Origin: an uncultured Planctomycetota bacterium
GTDB taxonomy: Bacteria; Planctomycetota; Planctomycetia; Gemmatales; Gemmataceae
Length of the DNA: 64,000 bases
Assembly (NCBI GenBank): GCA_963849325.1
Contig: CAWKHF010000008.1
Coordinates: forward strand, 96,001 to 160,000
Direction of reading: 5' to 3'
In this document: positions 49,366-61,837 of the stretch, piece after piece
How positions within the stretch are numbered: position 1 is the first letter of the stretch
Layout: every line of letters starts with the position of its first letter
Translations under genes and position numbers: made by a program
Notes under the pieces: model-generated
The model's input: the letters and a program-made list of their open reading frames with translations, nothing else
What the model was told of the DNA's origin: nothing
The model's database searches: none

Positions 49366-51825
49366 CGTCGAGAAGTCGAATACGCCCGGCGAGCGGGGGC
49401 GTCAGCCCCCTGTTGCTTCTTCCAACAGGGGGCTGACGCCCCCCGCTCGCCGCGGCGTTCTCCTCTTCTTCCTCATCGGGTTCCTTACCGCGCCCGCCTG
49501 GGCCGCCGCGCCTCCGCACATCCAGGAACCCGTGCGCATCGGCTGGCCCGGCGGCAAGGCGGCGGCCAGTCGCGCAACGGCGTGTGGACGCCGGTGCAGA
49601 TCACGCTCAAGGCCGGGGCCGAGGACGTTACGCCGGGCAACTATCGCGTCGTCGTCGAAACCGCCGACGGCGAGGCCGTGCCTTACCGCTATGCCGTGCC
49701 GGTGCCGGCCATCGCAGCCAATAGCGAACAGATCGTGTTCGCCTACGTTCGGCCGGGCAGCACCGGCGGTACCTTCACCGTCATCTGCGGGACAACGAGA
49801 GGCAGGACGTGCAGACGATCGCCTCTCTGCAGCGCGACCCCAGCGCGCCGAAGAGCGAGGTACTCGAACCGCGCGACGTGCTGTATCTGACGATCGGCTC
49901 GCGTCTGCCGGCGCTGAAGCAAGCGCTGAAGCATCCCGAGCAGCCGGCCGCGGCCGGCGAGGTCGCCGAGGACCAGGAGGACGGCGGCGCCCAGCGCTTC
50001 GCCGCCATCGAGAATGTCGCCGCCCTGCCCGATCGCTGGTTCGGCTACGAGGCCGTGGACGTCGTTCTGCTGACCACGGCCAGCGATAGCTTCGTCAATC
50101 AGCTGTTGGAGATGAACAAGGCGCGGCGCGACGCCCTGCTCGACTGGGTGCGGCGCGGCGGCAAGCTCGTGCTGTCGGTCGGACGCAATCAGCAGGCCGT
50201 GGCTCGCTGGCTGGACAAGGTGCCGCTGATCGACGTTACCTTCCAGGGCAAGGTCACGCGCGCGTCGCTGCCGAGCGTCAAGACGTGGAGCGGCGCCGAG
50301 GCGGCGCAGAAACAGCCGCTGCGTCCGGTCGAAATCGCCTGCGTCCAGCCAGGCCCCAACACCTTCGCACTCGTCTGGGAAGATCCGGCGGCCGGCGACC
50401 TCGAAAAGAGGCCGATCATTTTGCAGGCCGGCTGCGGCCTGGGCCGCGTCCTCCTCGTCGCCTTCGACCTCGACGCGCCGCCGTTCTCGACCTGGGAGGG
50501 ACAGGTCGCGTTCTGGAAGAAATTGCAGGGCGAGCTGATGCCCGCGCCGCACGCGGCCCAGGACAATCCGCCGCCGGGTGGACTAACCGGACCGCGCGAG
50601 CGAGCTAGGCTCCGAACTCAAGCACAGCCTGGAGAGCTTCGAGGAGGTGCCCGTCATCTCCTTCGGCTGGGTCGCCCTGTTCATCCTCTTCTACATCGTC
50701 CTGGTCGGCCCGCTCGACTATCTCATCCTCAAGAAACTGTTCAAGCGCCTCGAATGGACGTGGATCACCTTCCCGGTGATGGTGCTGCTCGTCAGCGTGG
50801 CGGCGTACGCGACGGCGTACTACTTCAAGGGCGACGACCTGCGCATCAACAAGATCGACCTGGTGGAGATCGACCTGGAGGGTCCGGGGCAGGTGTACGG
50901 CACGAGTTGGTTCACGCTGTTCAGTCCGCGCATCCAGAACTACACGGTTGGCCTGGAGCCGGTCGCGCCGGAGTGGGGCGGTCGCTGGGACGACAATGAC
51001 GCCGACGCGCCGGTACCGCCGGTGATGACGGCGACGCTGGATGGGCCGGAGCCGAGCCTGGGCGGCAGCGCGCCGGGCCTGTTTCGCCAGCCCTACGAGT
51101 ACGCCGAGGACGCCGGTGGACTGCGGCGCGTGCCGATCCCGGTATGGGCGACGCGCACCTTCACGTCCTCCTGGCGCGTGCCCCTGAAGGACCGCCAGGC
51201 GCCCGACCGTCCGCCGCCGCTGCAAGCGGAGCTGCGCATCAGCCGCGACGGCAAGGCGCTGAGCGGGGCCGTCGTCAACAACTTGCCGGCGGAGCTGCAA
51301 GGGACCATCTTATTCTTCCAGGGCCAGTGGTATCTGCTGGGCGACCTGGTGCCCGGCGAGACGCGCGAGGTTGGCCCCTTGTTCGAGCGCAACGTCAAGA
51401 GGCACGTCCTGGCCGAGTGGTTCAGCGATCCGGCCGTGCTGCAACCGCGCTTCGGCTCGATGCCGGTCGGGCAGCAGCGTTCATTCCTGCTCCAGTCGTC
51501 GTATCGGCCGTTGCGTTCGCTGCTGTGGCACGACCTCGGCGGCGAGGGGCAGCCCAACAGCGGCCTGCGCTCTCTCGATGAAAGCTGGCGTCTGCTGCCA
51601 CAGGGCGAAGGAGCGCAGCGGCGTTACCGCGATGAGGTCGTGCTGGTCGCGCGCACGCCGCCGCGCATCGACCGGGCCGAGACCGTCACGCAGGACGGCG
51701 TCTCGCCGACGCGCCTGTGGCTGGATGAATTGCCAGGTGCCCGGCCGCAGCGGCCGGCGCTGTCCGGCTTCCTCCAGCAAGAGACGTATGTACGTATTTA
51801 TGTCCCCTTAACTCGATCTCGTTAG
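49362..51825 (+). CDS. Large membrane protein with GATase1-like domain; frameshifts, start uncertain
   Basis: Fragments: signal-like VLLFFLIGFLTAPAWA, WTPVQITL, LPDRWFGYEAVD...LDWVRRGGKL...GLGRV, then transmembrane helices FGWVALFILFYIVLVGPLDY. Confidence 0.72.
49387..49452. repeat. REP-like palindrome, family C
   Basis: cggcgagcgggggcgtcagccccctgttg...caacagggggctgacgccccccgctcgccg. Confidence 0.85.
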
Positions 51826-51863
51826 ACGCCAAGCCGCAATCGGCCAAAGGGGGAATTGTCGCC

Positions 51864-52798
51864 ATGATTGAAACGCGCGACCTGACCAAGATGTACGGCG
51901 AGCTGTACGCCCTCAACCGGCTGACGCTGAAGCTGGAGCGCGGCGACGTGTACGGCTTCATCGGCCCCAACGGCGCCGGCAAGACGACGACCATGCGCAT
52001 CCTGGCGACGCTGCTCAATCCGACCTGGGGCGAGGCGACGGTGTGCGGCTACTCGATTTACAACAACGCCAAGGAGATTCGCCGCCTGATGGGCTACATG
52101 CCGGACTTCTTCGGCGTCTACGACGACATGAAGGTTACGGAATATCTCGAATTCTTCGCCGCCGCCTACCGCATCAAGGGTCCGGAGCGCCGCCGCAAGG
52201 TCGATCAGGTGCTCGACCTGGTGGATCTCGGCTACAAGCGCGACGCCCTGGTGACGAGCCTGTCGCGCGGCATGACGCAGCGCCTGGGGCTGGCGCGCGT
52301 GCTGCTGCACGAGCCGCAGGTGTTGCTCCTGGACGAGCCGGCCAGCGGTCTCGATCCGCGCGCCGCATCGAGATGCGCGGCCTGCTCAAGGAGCTGCGCA
52401 GCATGGGCAAGACGATCCTGGTCTCCAGCCACATCCTGCCGGAGTTGGCCGACATCTGCAACAAGATCGGCATCATCGAGCGCGGCCAGCTCTTGTTCAA
52501 TGGCGACGTGCAGTCGGCCATCCGGCAGGTGCGCCAGCACACCGTCTACTTCGTCGCTGTCGCCGCCGGCCAACGTGACAAGGCCGGCGAGCTGCTCGAA
52601 GCGCACGTCGACATCCTCAAGGTCGAGCCGCGCGAGGAGGACGACTGCCTGCGCGTCACGCTCAACGACGGCGTCCACGACGGCAGTTTCATCCCGGAGC
52701 TGCTGCTGCAAAACGGTCTGCGACTGAAGATGTTCAAGGAAGAAGAGATCGATCTCGAAGACGTGTTCATGGGCATCACGAAGGGCATCACCAATTAA
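51864..52798 (+). CDS. ABC transporter ATP-binding protein (ABC-2 type); frameshift near 52360
   Basis: GPNGAGKTT, LSRGMTQR, LLLDEPASGLDP and VSSHIL. Confidence 0.93.
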
Positions 52799-52921
52799 CC
52801 ACAGATGAACACAGATGAACACGGATAAGAAAAAATAACGACAATACACTCAGCCAATCCATTTCTATTCATTTCAATAATGTTCTTATCCGTGTTCATC
52901 TGTGTTCATCTGTGGTTAATT
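52793..52921. repeat. 39-bp perfect inverted repeats with an AT-rich spacer (MITE-like)
   Basis: aattaaccacagatgaacacagatgaacacggataagaa at 52793..52831 and its reverse complement at 52883..52921. Confidence 0.88.
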
Positions 52922-52938
52922 ATTTTTCGGGGAGTGCC

Positions 52939-53925
<987 letters not shown>

Positions 53926-53937
53926 TCCGGAGCCTCG

Positions 53938-54001
53938 GTTAGCCGCGACGCGCAGCGGAGCGCAGGACAAACCCGCGCTCCGCTGCGCGTCGCGGCTAAA
54001 C
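53938..54001. repeat. REP-like palindrome, family D
   Basis: gttagccgcgacgcgcagcggagcgc...gcgctccgctgcgcgtcgcggctaaac. Confidence 0.87.
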
Positions 54002-54044
54002 GGACAAGCGTTGATGTGACCTCGTATCTCGAAGGACTTCACCC

Positions 54045-55647
54045 ATGCGACGCGGCACGGCAATCCTGGCCTTGGTCTTCTTGCTGGCGGCGCTGGTCTC
54101 CGTCGAGGCGAGGCCGCTGCCTACCCGGTCGGTGCGCGAGCTGACTCTGCACGCCGAGACGATCGTGCTGGCCGAGCCTGCCGCGGGGGCGGGCGACCTG
54201 ACACGCTTCAAGGTGGTGGAGGTGATGCGCGGCCGCGGCATCCGGCCGGGCGATACCTTCCTCCTCGATCCGGCAGCGCACCGAGATGCGCGTGTATGAG
54301 CCGGAACAGCAATCGAAGGAGAAGGACAAGCCGCCCCGCGTCGCGCAGGCGCTGCTCTTTCTCGGCCCCAACCGCGGCACACGCGAACAGCCTCGCTTCG
54401 AGCCGATCGGTTCCGGCGTGCGCTTGTGGACGGAAGACCGCACTCTCCTTGTGCCCGTGCAGGTCCGCAACCCCGGTCCTTACTGGTTGACCGTTCAGCG
54501 GGACGTCGATTGGTCCGAGCTGGTACGTCAGGCTCGCGCCGACGCCGCGGCCATTGAGGATCTGTTCGCGCGGAAACAGCTGCGTCCCCTCAACCGCCGC
54601 AATCGAGCGCTGCTGGACTGGGTTCGGCATCATCGGCACGAGTTCGGCGCTCCCACCACGACGGAGCATCCCGACCGGGCGGCGCAGGGCTGGGGGCACC
54701 TGGAGACGGAGATTTTTCAGTGGGTGCTCGATACCTGCGAACCGGCGGACGGCTGGCCGGCGGTCAAGCTCTACGCCGAACTGAATCGCGGGACCAATCC
54801 GCCACTGCACGAGCCGGCCTTCGGCATGGCGCGGGGGCGGGCCTTGCTGTTGCGGGTAGCGACGGCCAACGACGTTCTCGAAGGCGACCGTGTCCGTGCC
54901 CTGGATTTGCTGGGCCATCCCTTCACTCTCTGGGCCGGACCCCTGGAGCGGCTTCCGCAGGTTCAACCGCTCGACGCCAGGGAGCAGATGGAATTGCTCG
55001 ACCGTCTGACGCCGCTGCTGGCCACGCCGTCGGCGCCGCTGCGTGCGGCCGCCGCTGCCGCCATCCGCCGCGCCAGCATTCCCGATGTCCTCCCCGACAC
55101 GCATCCCCATAGCCGCCGCGCCTTGCCGGACCTGGTGAAGGCGTATCGCGCCGAGCCGCCGGGCGAGGCGCGCGACGAGTTGGCCGAAGCGGTGTGCGTC
55201 GTCGGCGGGCCGAAACACTGGCAGGAGTTGACCGGCAATCCGCCCCGCGTGCTGGTCCGTCTGCGCGGCCTGGAGCGACGCGAGCCGCTGGTCTACTTCT
55301 GGCTGAACCTCCTGCCGTGCGGCCAGGCGGTTTACGAGTGTCCCACGCTGCGGCTGGAACGGCTCGACAAGGCGAACAAGGTGGCCGAGATGAAACAGAT
55401 CCCGCTGCCGGTGGTCCATAAAGACAAGGCGTGGGGCGTGGGTTGGGACGGCGACTCGCTGCTGTTCGTGCAGTTCGCGGTGCAAGATTTCAAGCCGGGC
55501 ACCTGGCGCGTGACGGTCCAGGGCACGGCGGGCAAGGACAAAGACAAGCAAAAGTGGGTATCCGAGCCGAAGACATTCGTAATTGAGCCGCCGCCCAAGC
55601 CCAAGGACGAGCGGCCTCATTACGGCAAGAAAGAGATAGCGAAATAG
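54045..55647 (+). CDS. Exported hypothetical protein with a HEAT-like helical middle; frameshift near 54280
   Basis: Signal peptide in ORF 54045..54299, continued by the 453-aa ORF 54286..55647. Confidence 0.65.
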
Positions 55648-55664
55648 CCGCCCGAGGGAATCTC

Positions 55665-56669
55665 ATGCTCGAACTGACCGCCGACAACGCCGTCGATTAC
55701 CTGCGCCAGCGTGGTTGGGTCGGCGTTGGGCCCGTGCATGTCGAGCCGTTGGGCGGCGGCGTTTCCAACGCCGTGCTGCGTGTCGAGACGCCGGATCGTC
55801 TGTTCGTACTCAAGCAATCGCGGCCGCAGCTGCGCACGCGCGACGCCTGGTTCAGTGACCTCGACCGCATTTACCGCGAGCAGGAGGTGATGCAAATGCT
55901 CGCTCCTCTCTTGCCGCCTTACACGGTCCCCGAAGTATTGTTTACCGATCGTGCCAACTACGTCTTCGTCATGGCCCACGCGCCGCGCAGGGCGCAGGTG
56001 TGGAAACAGCAATTGCTCGCCGGCGCGATCGATTTCGCTGTCGGCGAATACGCCGGGCGCATCCTCGGCCGCATTCACGAGGTCACGGCCCGCGACCCCC
56101 GACTCGTCGAGCGCTTTCGTGATCGCACCGTGTTCGTGCAGCTGCGCGTCGATCCGTTCTATCGCCGCATTCAGGAGCGCCGCCCCGAGGTCGCCGACGC
56201 CGTCGCTCCGCTGATCGACCGGCTGATGTCGGCACAAGAAGGACTGTGCCACGGCGATTACAGTCCCAAGAACATCCTCACGCATGAACACGGCTTCACC
56301 CTTGTGGATTACGAAACGGCGCACCTCGGCGACCCGACGATGGACCTGGGTTTTTGCCTGAGCCACCTGCTGCTCAAGGCGGTGAAGCGCTCGCCAGATC
56401 GGCAGCGGCATTTCGAGCTGACGCGCCGCTTCTGGCAGGGCTACGCGGCGGAAACGACATTTTTGCCACTGGCGGAATTACAGACGCGCGGCATCGAACA
56501 TTGTGCCGTTTGTCTGCTGGCGCGCATCGACGGCACCAGTCCGGTTGAGTATCTGCCGGAGGAGGACAAGCGCTCGGCGGTGCGGCGGCTGGGTTGCCGG
56601 ATACTGTGCGAACATCCGCGGCAGTGGGATGAAGTGCTGGATCTGGCCGAGGAGTTGCTTCCGGTGTAG
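55665..56669 (+). CDS. APH/choline-kinase-fold phosphotransferase (methylthioribose-kinase-like)
   Basis: LGGGVSN, FVLKQ, LCHGDYSPKNIL and LVDYE..H.GDP..D.G. Confidence 0.87.
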   Translation: MLELTADNAVDYLRQRGWVGVGPVHVEPLGGGVSNAVLRVETPDRLFVLKQSRPQLRTRDAWFSDLDRIYREQEVMQMLAPLLPPYTVPEVLFTDRANYVFVMAHAPRRAQVWKQQLLAGAIDFAVGEYAGRILGRIHEVTARDPRLVERFRDRTVFVQLRVDPFYRRIQERRPEVADAVAPLIDRLMSAQEGLCHGDYSPKNILTHEHGFTLVDYETAHLGDPTMDLGFCLSHLLLKAVKRSPDRQRHFELTRRFWQGYAAETTFLPLAELQTRGIEHCAVCLLARIDGTSPVEYLPEEDKRSAVRRLGCRILCEHPRQWDEVLDLAEELLPV

Positions 56670-56763
56670 CGGATGAGTTTGACAGCGAGCGATTCAGCGC
56701 CGATGATAAGGAGTTGGCAACGGGAAAAAAACCAGTTCGATGGCGAGGGGGCAAGGGACGCCC

Positions 56764-57171
56764 ATGAGCAGCAATTGGGTGCCGAATGCGGTGTGCGATC
56801 CTGCCGAGGTGGCTCATCTGGAGAAGGAGGCGGCCAACGATCCCAGCAACGTGGGCGTTGGGGTGATCGATAAGAGAACGGGACAAGTACGGCTCTTCCT
56901 CTACGAGGAAACGAATGTCTTCAGCATGGCCAATCCTCGCCTTCTGGTAGCGGCCGGACATGAAGCCGCGGCGGCAATGGCCGGATTTCCCCTCGACCAG
57001 ACAAGAGGGTTCCTTCTCGGCAAACAAGGGAGCGACTGGCACGTTTTCAACCAATCGCACCTGAATCGACCTGACGCTCAGACCAACACCATGCGGATGG
57101 ACGGTCAGCTCTTCCACGAGATCATCTCGGCCCTCCAGGCTGCGGGGGTCTCGAATCCGGTCATCCACTGA
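56764..57171 (+). CDS. Hypothetical protein, possible stand-alone polymorphic-toxin-like domain
   Basis: 135-aa ORF in a low-GC islet; pattern GVID..TG....GH...RGF...NQSHLN. Confidence 0.6.
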   Translation: MSSNWVPNAVCDPAEVAHLEKEAANDPSNVGVGVIDKRTGQVRLFLYEETNVFSMANPRLLVAAGHEAAAAMAGFPLDQTRGFLLGKQGSDWHVFNQSHLNRPDAQTNTMRMDGQLFHEIISALQAAGVSNPVIH

Positions 57172-57188
57172 CTCGTTCGGTCGCGAGG

Positions 57189-57734
57189 ATGGCAATGAAT
57201 ACGAATCAATATCAAGGTGATTTCCCGGAGGTTGAGACGGCCATCTACCGCGTGGCCCTTTCTCTGGATTCCTTCCTCTTAAATGGCATTCCCTACGGCG
57301 TGATCCAGCGAGCTGTTTTCAACGGCTTTCTGGAGAAGACAGCTCGCAACTTGCTGACAGAGTTGGCGATCTTGGAACAACAAGCACTGCATATTCCCGT
57401 TGCCGGCCAGACCAAGGTTCGAGAAGTGCTGGCGGCACTTCGGCCAAGATGTCAACAGTTAATCGACCACGTGACGGGATTGAGTTTATTTCGGACTTTC
57501 CCACTCGAACGAGTGTACTCCCTGGTTTCTCAGGTTCCGCTTCTCCGGGAAGAATGTGTGCGCTTGATTCAGGAGTTGGAATGTTCTTATCGCGTCCCGA
57601 AATCATTCTATGAGTCCCGACCCGACTATTCGACCGCCACCATAAATGATTTTCTTACGAATTTGCAATGCCTATTTGCCGAGGAGTGGGCTGCCTCGGC
57701 AGAGAAACATAAGGACGCTGCATCCCAGCTTTGA
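57189..57734 (+). CDS. Hypothetical all-helical protein, possible immunity or antitoxin
   Basis: 181-aa ORF 17 nt after the previous gene; GAGG RBS; among the lowest-GC coding stretches in the window. Confidence 0.6.
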   Translation: MAMNTNQYQGDFPEVETAIYRVALSLDSFLLNGIPYGVIQRAVFNGFLEKTARNLLTELAILEQQALHIPVAGQTKVREVLAALRPRCQQLIDHVTGLSLFRTFPLERVYSLVSQVPLLREECVRLIQELECSYRVPKSFYESRPDYSTATINDFLTNLQCLFAEEWAASAEKHKDAASQL

Positions 57735-57739
57735 ACCGT

Positions 57740-59016
<1,277 letters not shown>

Positions 59017-59044
59017 CCGCTTGCAGCTGCCACAAGGTTCAACC

Positions 59045-59929
59045 ATGCTGCCTCGTGAAGTCCTGCGTCAGATACGCCGCCTGCAACTGAAGGCGCGCCG
59101 CGCCGTCGAGGATCTGCTCGGCGGCGAGTATCACTCCGTCTTCAAGGGCAGCGGCATCGCCTTCGAGGAGGTGCGCGAATATCAGCCCGGCGACGACATC
59201 CGCACCATCGACTGGAACGTCACCGCTCGCATGGGCCATCCCTTCATCAAGCGCTTCATCGAAGAGCGCGAGCTAACGGTGGTGCTGATGGTCGATGGCA
59301 GCGGCAGCCAGCAGTTCGGCACGCGAGCACAGCCGAAGCGCGAGGTCGCCGCCGAGCTGGCCGCCGTGCTTGCCTTCAGCGCCATCAGCAACAACGACCG
59401 CGTCGGCCTGGTGCAGTTCACCGACCGCGTCGAACACTTCCTGCCGCCGCGCAAGGGCGTCCGCCACGTCCTGCGCCTCATCCGCGACGTGCTGTTCTAT
59501 CAGCCTCAACACCGCGGCACGTCGCTGCGCGAGGGACTGGATTTCCTCAACCGCGTGCTGCATCGGCGCACCATCGTCTTTCTTTTCAGCGACTTCCTCG
59601 ACCGCCATTTCGAGTCGTCGTTCAAGCGCACCGGGCGGCGGCACGACCTGATCGCCGTGCGCATCAGCGACCCGCGCGAGGAAGAACTGCCGGCCGTGGG
59701 GCTGCTGGAGCTGGAGGATGCCGAGACGGGCGAGCGGCTGCTGCTGGACACCGGCCGCGCGGCGGTGCGCGACGCCTTCCGGGCGGCGGCCCAGCGGCGA
59801 CGGGCGGCGCTGCGACAACTGGCTCGACAGGCCGGTGTCGATCTCATCGACGTTTCGACCGGCGGCGGACATCTCGACGCTCTGATCCGCTTTTTCCGGC
59901 TGCGCGAGCGGCGCCAGAGGAGGCGCTGA
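59045..59929 (+). CDS. DUF58 (vWA-like, MoxR-associated) protein
   Basis: GEYHSVFKGSGIAFEEVREYQPGDDIRTIDWNVTAR, DGSGS and FSDF. Confidence 0.92.
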   Translation: MLPREVLRQIRRLQLKARRAVEDLLGGEYHSVFKGSGIAFEEVREYQPGDDIRTIDWNVTARMGHPFIKRFIEERELTVVLMVDGSGSQQFGTRAQPKREVAAELAAVLAFSAISNNDRVGLVQFTDRVEHFLPPRKGVRHVLRLIRDVLFYQPQHRGTSLREGLDFLNRVLHRRTIVFLFSDFLDRHFESSFKRTGRRHDLIAVRISDPREEELPAVGLLELEDAETGERLLLDTGRAAVRDAFRAAAQRRRAALRQLARQAGVDLIDVSTGGGHLDALIRFFRLRERRQRRR

Positions 59930-59977
59930 CCATGTCTCCGCCGTGCCGCGATCAACTACTTGAAGGCCGCTCGCGCA

Positions 59978-60081
59978 TTCTCCCCTCTCCCCCGCTTCGG
60001 GGGAGAGGGGTTGGGGGTGAGGGGGCGGCTCCTCCCCCTCACCCCCAACCCCTCTCCCCCGAAGCGGGGGAGAGGGGAGAA
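59978..60081. repeat. REP-like composite palindrome, family B
   Basis: Near-identical to 11113..11212. Confidence 0.9.
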
Positions 60082-60082
60082 A

Positions 60083-61003
60083 ATGGGGAGCCGCGCCGCG
60101 TCCGGCCTGGCCGTGCTTCTCTTCTCCTCGCTGCTGCACGCCGACTATTCCTACCCGCCCCGGGCGCGCGGCGACACGGAAGCTCGGTTGACCGTCCGAG
60201 CGGCAGAGCGTACCGCCGTGCCGGGACTCGGCGAGGTGACGCTGAGCTTGACGGTGACAGGTCCGGCCACGCTCGAAGTCGAAGGGCCGCGCCTGAGCGA
60301 AGCCGCGACGGCGTGGAAGGAGGAACGGTCCCTCAGCACGCGGCTCGTTCAGCAAGAACGAGCGAGGTGGAGCCAGGTCATCCGCCTGAGCCAGAACAAG
60401 CCGGGGCCGGCGCCGCTGCCGGAGGTGTCGATTCGCTTTCGCGGCAGTCCCGACCGGACCTGGGAGGAGGCGACGTGGGTACACATCCTCAAGGAGCCGC
60501 GCGACGTGCCGGGACCGCCGGCGCCGCCGATCCCGCAACCGTCGTGGCTGCGCCGATGGGGACTGGTCCTCACCGCTGGATTGGCAGGACTGTTGTTGGC
60601 GGCATGGGGGGTGAAACGGTGGCGCGGCCGGACAGGGCCGCCACTGTCTCCCGAGCAATGGGCGCTGCGCCAACTGGAGCGCGCCGAGCAGAACCTGATG
60701 CCGCCGCGCGGAGACGCCGAGGTCTTCCATACGGAACTGTCGCACGTCGTTCGCCGCTACCTGGCCGAGCGCTTCGGGCTGCCGGCGCCGCGGCAAACCA
60801 CGGCGGAATTCCTCGATGCGGTTCATCACTCGTCCCCGTTGTCCGCGGAGCAGCAGGCGCTGCTGCGCGACTTGTTCGCGCGCTGCGATCTCGCCAAGTT
60901 CGCACGTCTCCACGCACCGCCGCACGAGTGTCAACGGACGGCGGACCTGGTCCGCGAGCTGTTGCAGCAAACGACGGCGGCGGGCCGCGCCGTCCAGCCG
61001 TAG
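60083..61003 (+). CDS. BatD/DUF4381-like membrane protein
   Basis: Signal-like N-terminus, beta domain, one transmembrane segment, then ALRQL...VRRYLAERF...QTTAEFL...CDLAKFA. Confidence 0.72.
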   Translation: MGSRAASGLAVLLFSSLLHADYSYPPRARGDTEARLTVRAAERTAVPGLGEVTLSLTVTGPATLEVEGPRLSEAATAWKEERSLSTRLVQQERARWSQVIRLSQNKPGPAPLPEVSIRFRGSPDRTWEEATWVHILKEPRDVPGPPAPPIPQPSWLRRWGLVLTAGLAGLLLAAWGVKRWRGRTGPPLSPEQWALRQLERAEQNLMPPRGDAEVFHTELSHVVRRYLAERFGLPAPRQTTAEFLDAVHHSSPLSAEQQALLRDLFARCDLAKFARLHAPPHECQRTADLVRELLQQTTAAGRAVQP

Positions 61004-61311
61004 GCGATCGTGCCGAGGGCGGAGGCTGGCGAGAGATGCACGGCCGCGCAAGTTTTTCCCTTTGCAGAGGCAGGTCAATCTAGGGGCTGATCGACAACAG
61101 GGCCAATCTGGATAAAGTGTGGACGAGTCTGCGGTCGAAATAATTTACGGTGAATCAAGGCGATCGGAGAGGATGGGCAAAGAACAGGCCCCGGGGCGGC
61201 GTGTCATGAGTATCCGCTTCGCTTCTCCTTTTCCATTCCAGTTCCGGGCTCTCCCCCGGCCGGGCGGCCCGCCGTGCGCCCGAGGGCCGGTTTATGCAAG
61301 GAGTTTCGATT

Positions 61312-61752
61312 ATGACTCGTGGCGGTAAGATGCTCAGTGTAGTGCTGGTGGCGTTACTCGGCTTGTGGGGCTGTGCCCAGGGTCCGGCGAGTCATTCCGT
61401 CGCCCAGGCCGAACGCATTCACACGCTGGAAGTGAAGTGCTCCAAACTGGAGGACGATTATCGGTCGGTCGCCGGCGCCCGCGACCAGGCGCGCAAGCAG
61501 GTGGCGGCCCTGGAAAGCGAACGGACGCGACTGCAAAAGGAGTTGGCCGAGAAGGTGGCCATCCTCAAGGAGCGCGACGCGCTGCGCCGCCAGGTGGCGA
61601 CCCGCACCAACGAACGCGACAACCTGCAATTGCGCTGCGATCGACTCAAGAAGGGCTTGCAGAGTCTGCTGGGGCAGGACGACGCCATGCTGCCGCTGCC
61701 GCCGCCGACCTCGGCCAGCAGCACGACCCTGCCGTCCGACACGGCCTCGTGA
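61312..61752 (+). CDS. Coiled-coil lipoprotein
   Basis: Lipobox LWGC followed by a heptad-rich helix; AAGGAG RBS. Confidence 0.75.
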   Translation: MTRGGKMLSVVLVALLGLWGCAQGPASHSVAQAERIHTLEVKCSKLEDDYRSVAGARDQARKQVAALESERTRLQKELAEKVAILKERDALRRQVATRTNERDNLQLRCDRLKKGLQSLLGQDDAMLPLPPPTSASSTTLPSDTAS

Positions 61753-61776
61753 GGACATCGGGTTTCCGCAAACCTT

Positions 61777-61834
61777 TCCGAGCCTGAAGCGTAAGCGAAG
61801 AGTGCTGTTCCTTCGCTTACGCTTCAGGCTCGGA
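61777..61834. repeat. REP-like palindrome, family A variant, between convergent genes
   Basis: tccgagcctgaagcgtaagcgaag...cttcgcttacgcttcaggctcgga. Confidence 0.85.
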
Positions 61835-61837
61835 TTT

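Noticed and set aside
61004-61311. Riboswitch or ncRNA in the long intergenic region
   Set aside because: No recognisable consensus; it can be explained as a promoter and leader.
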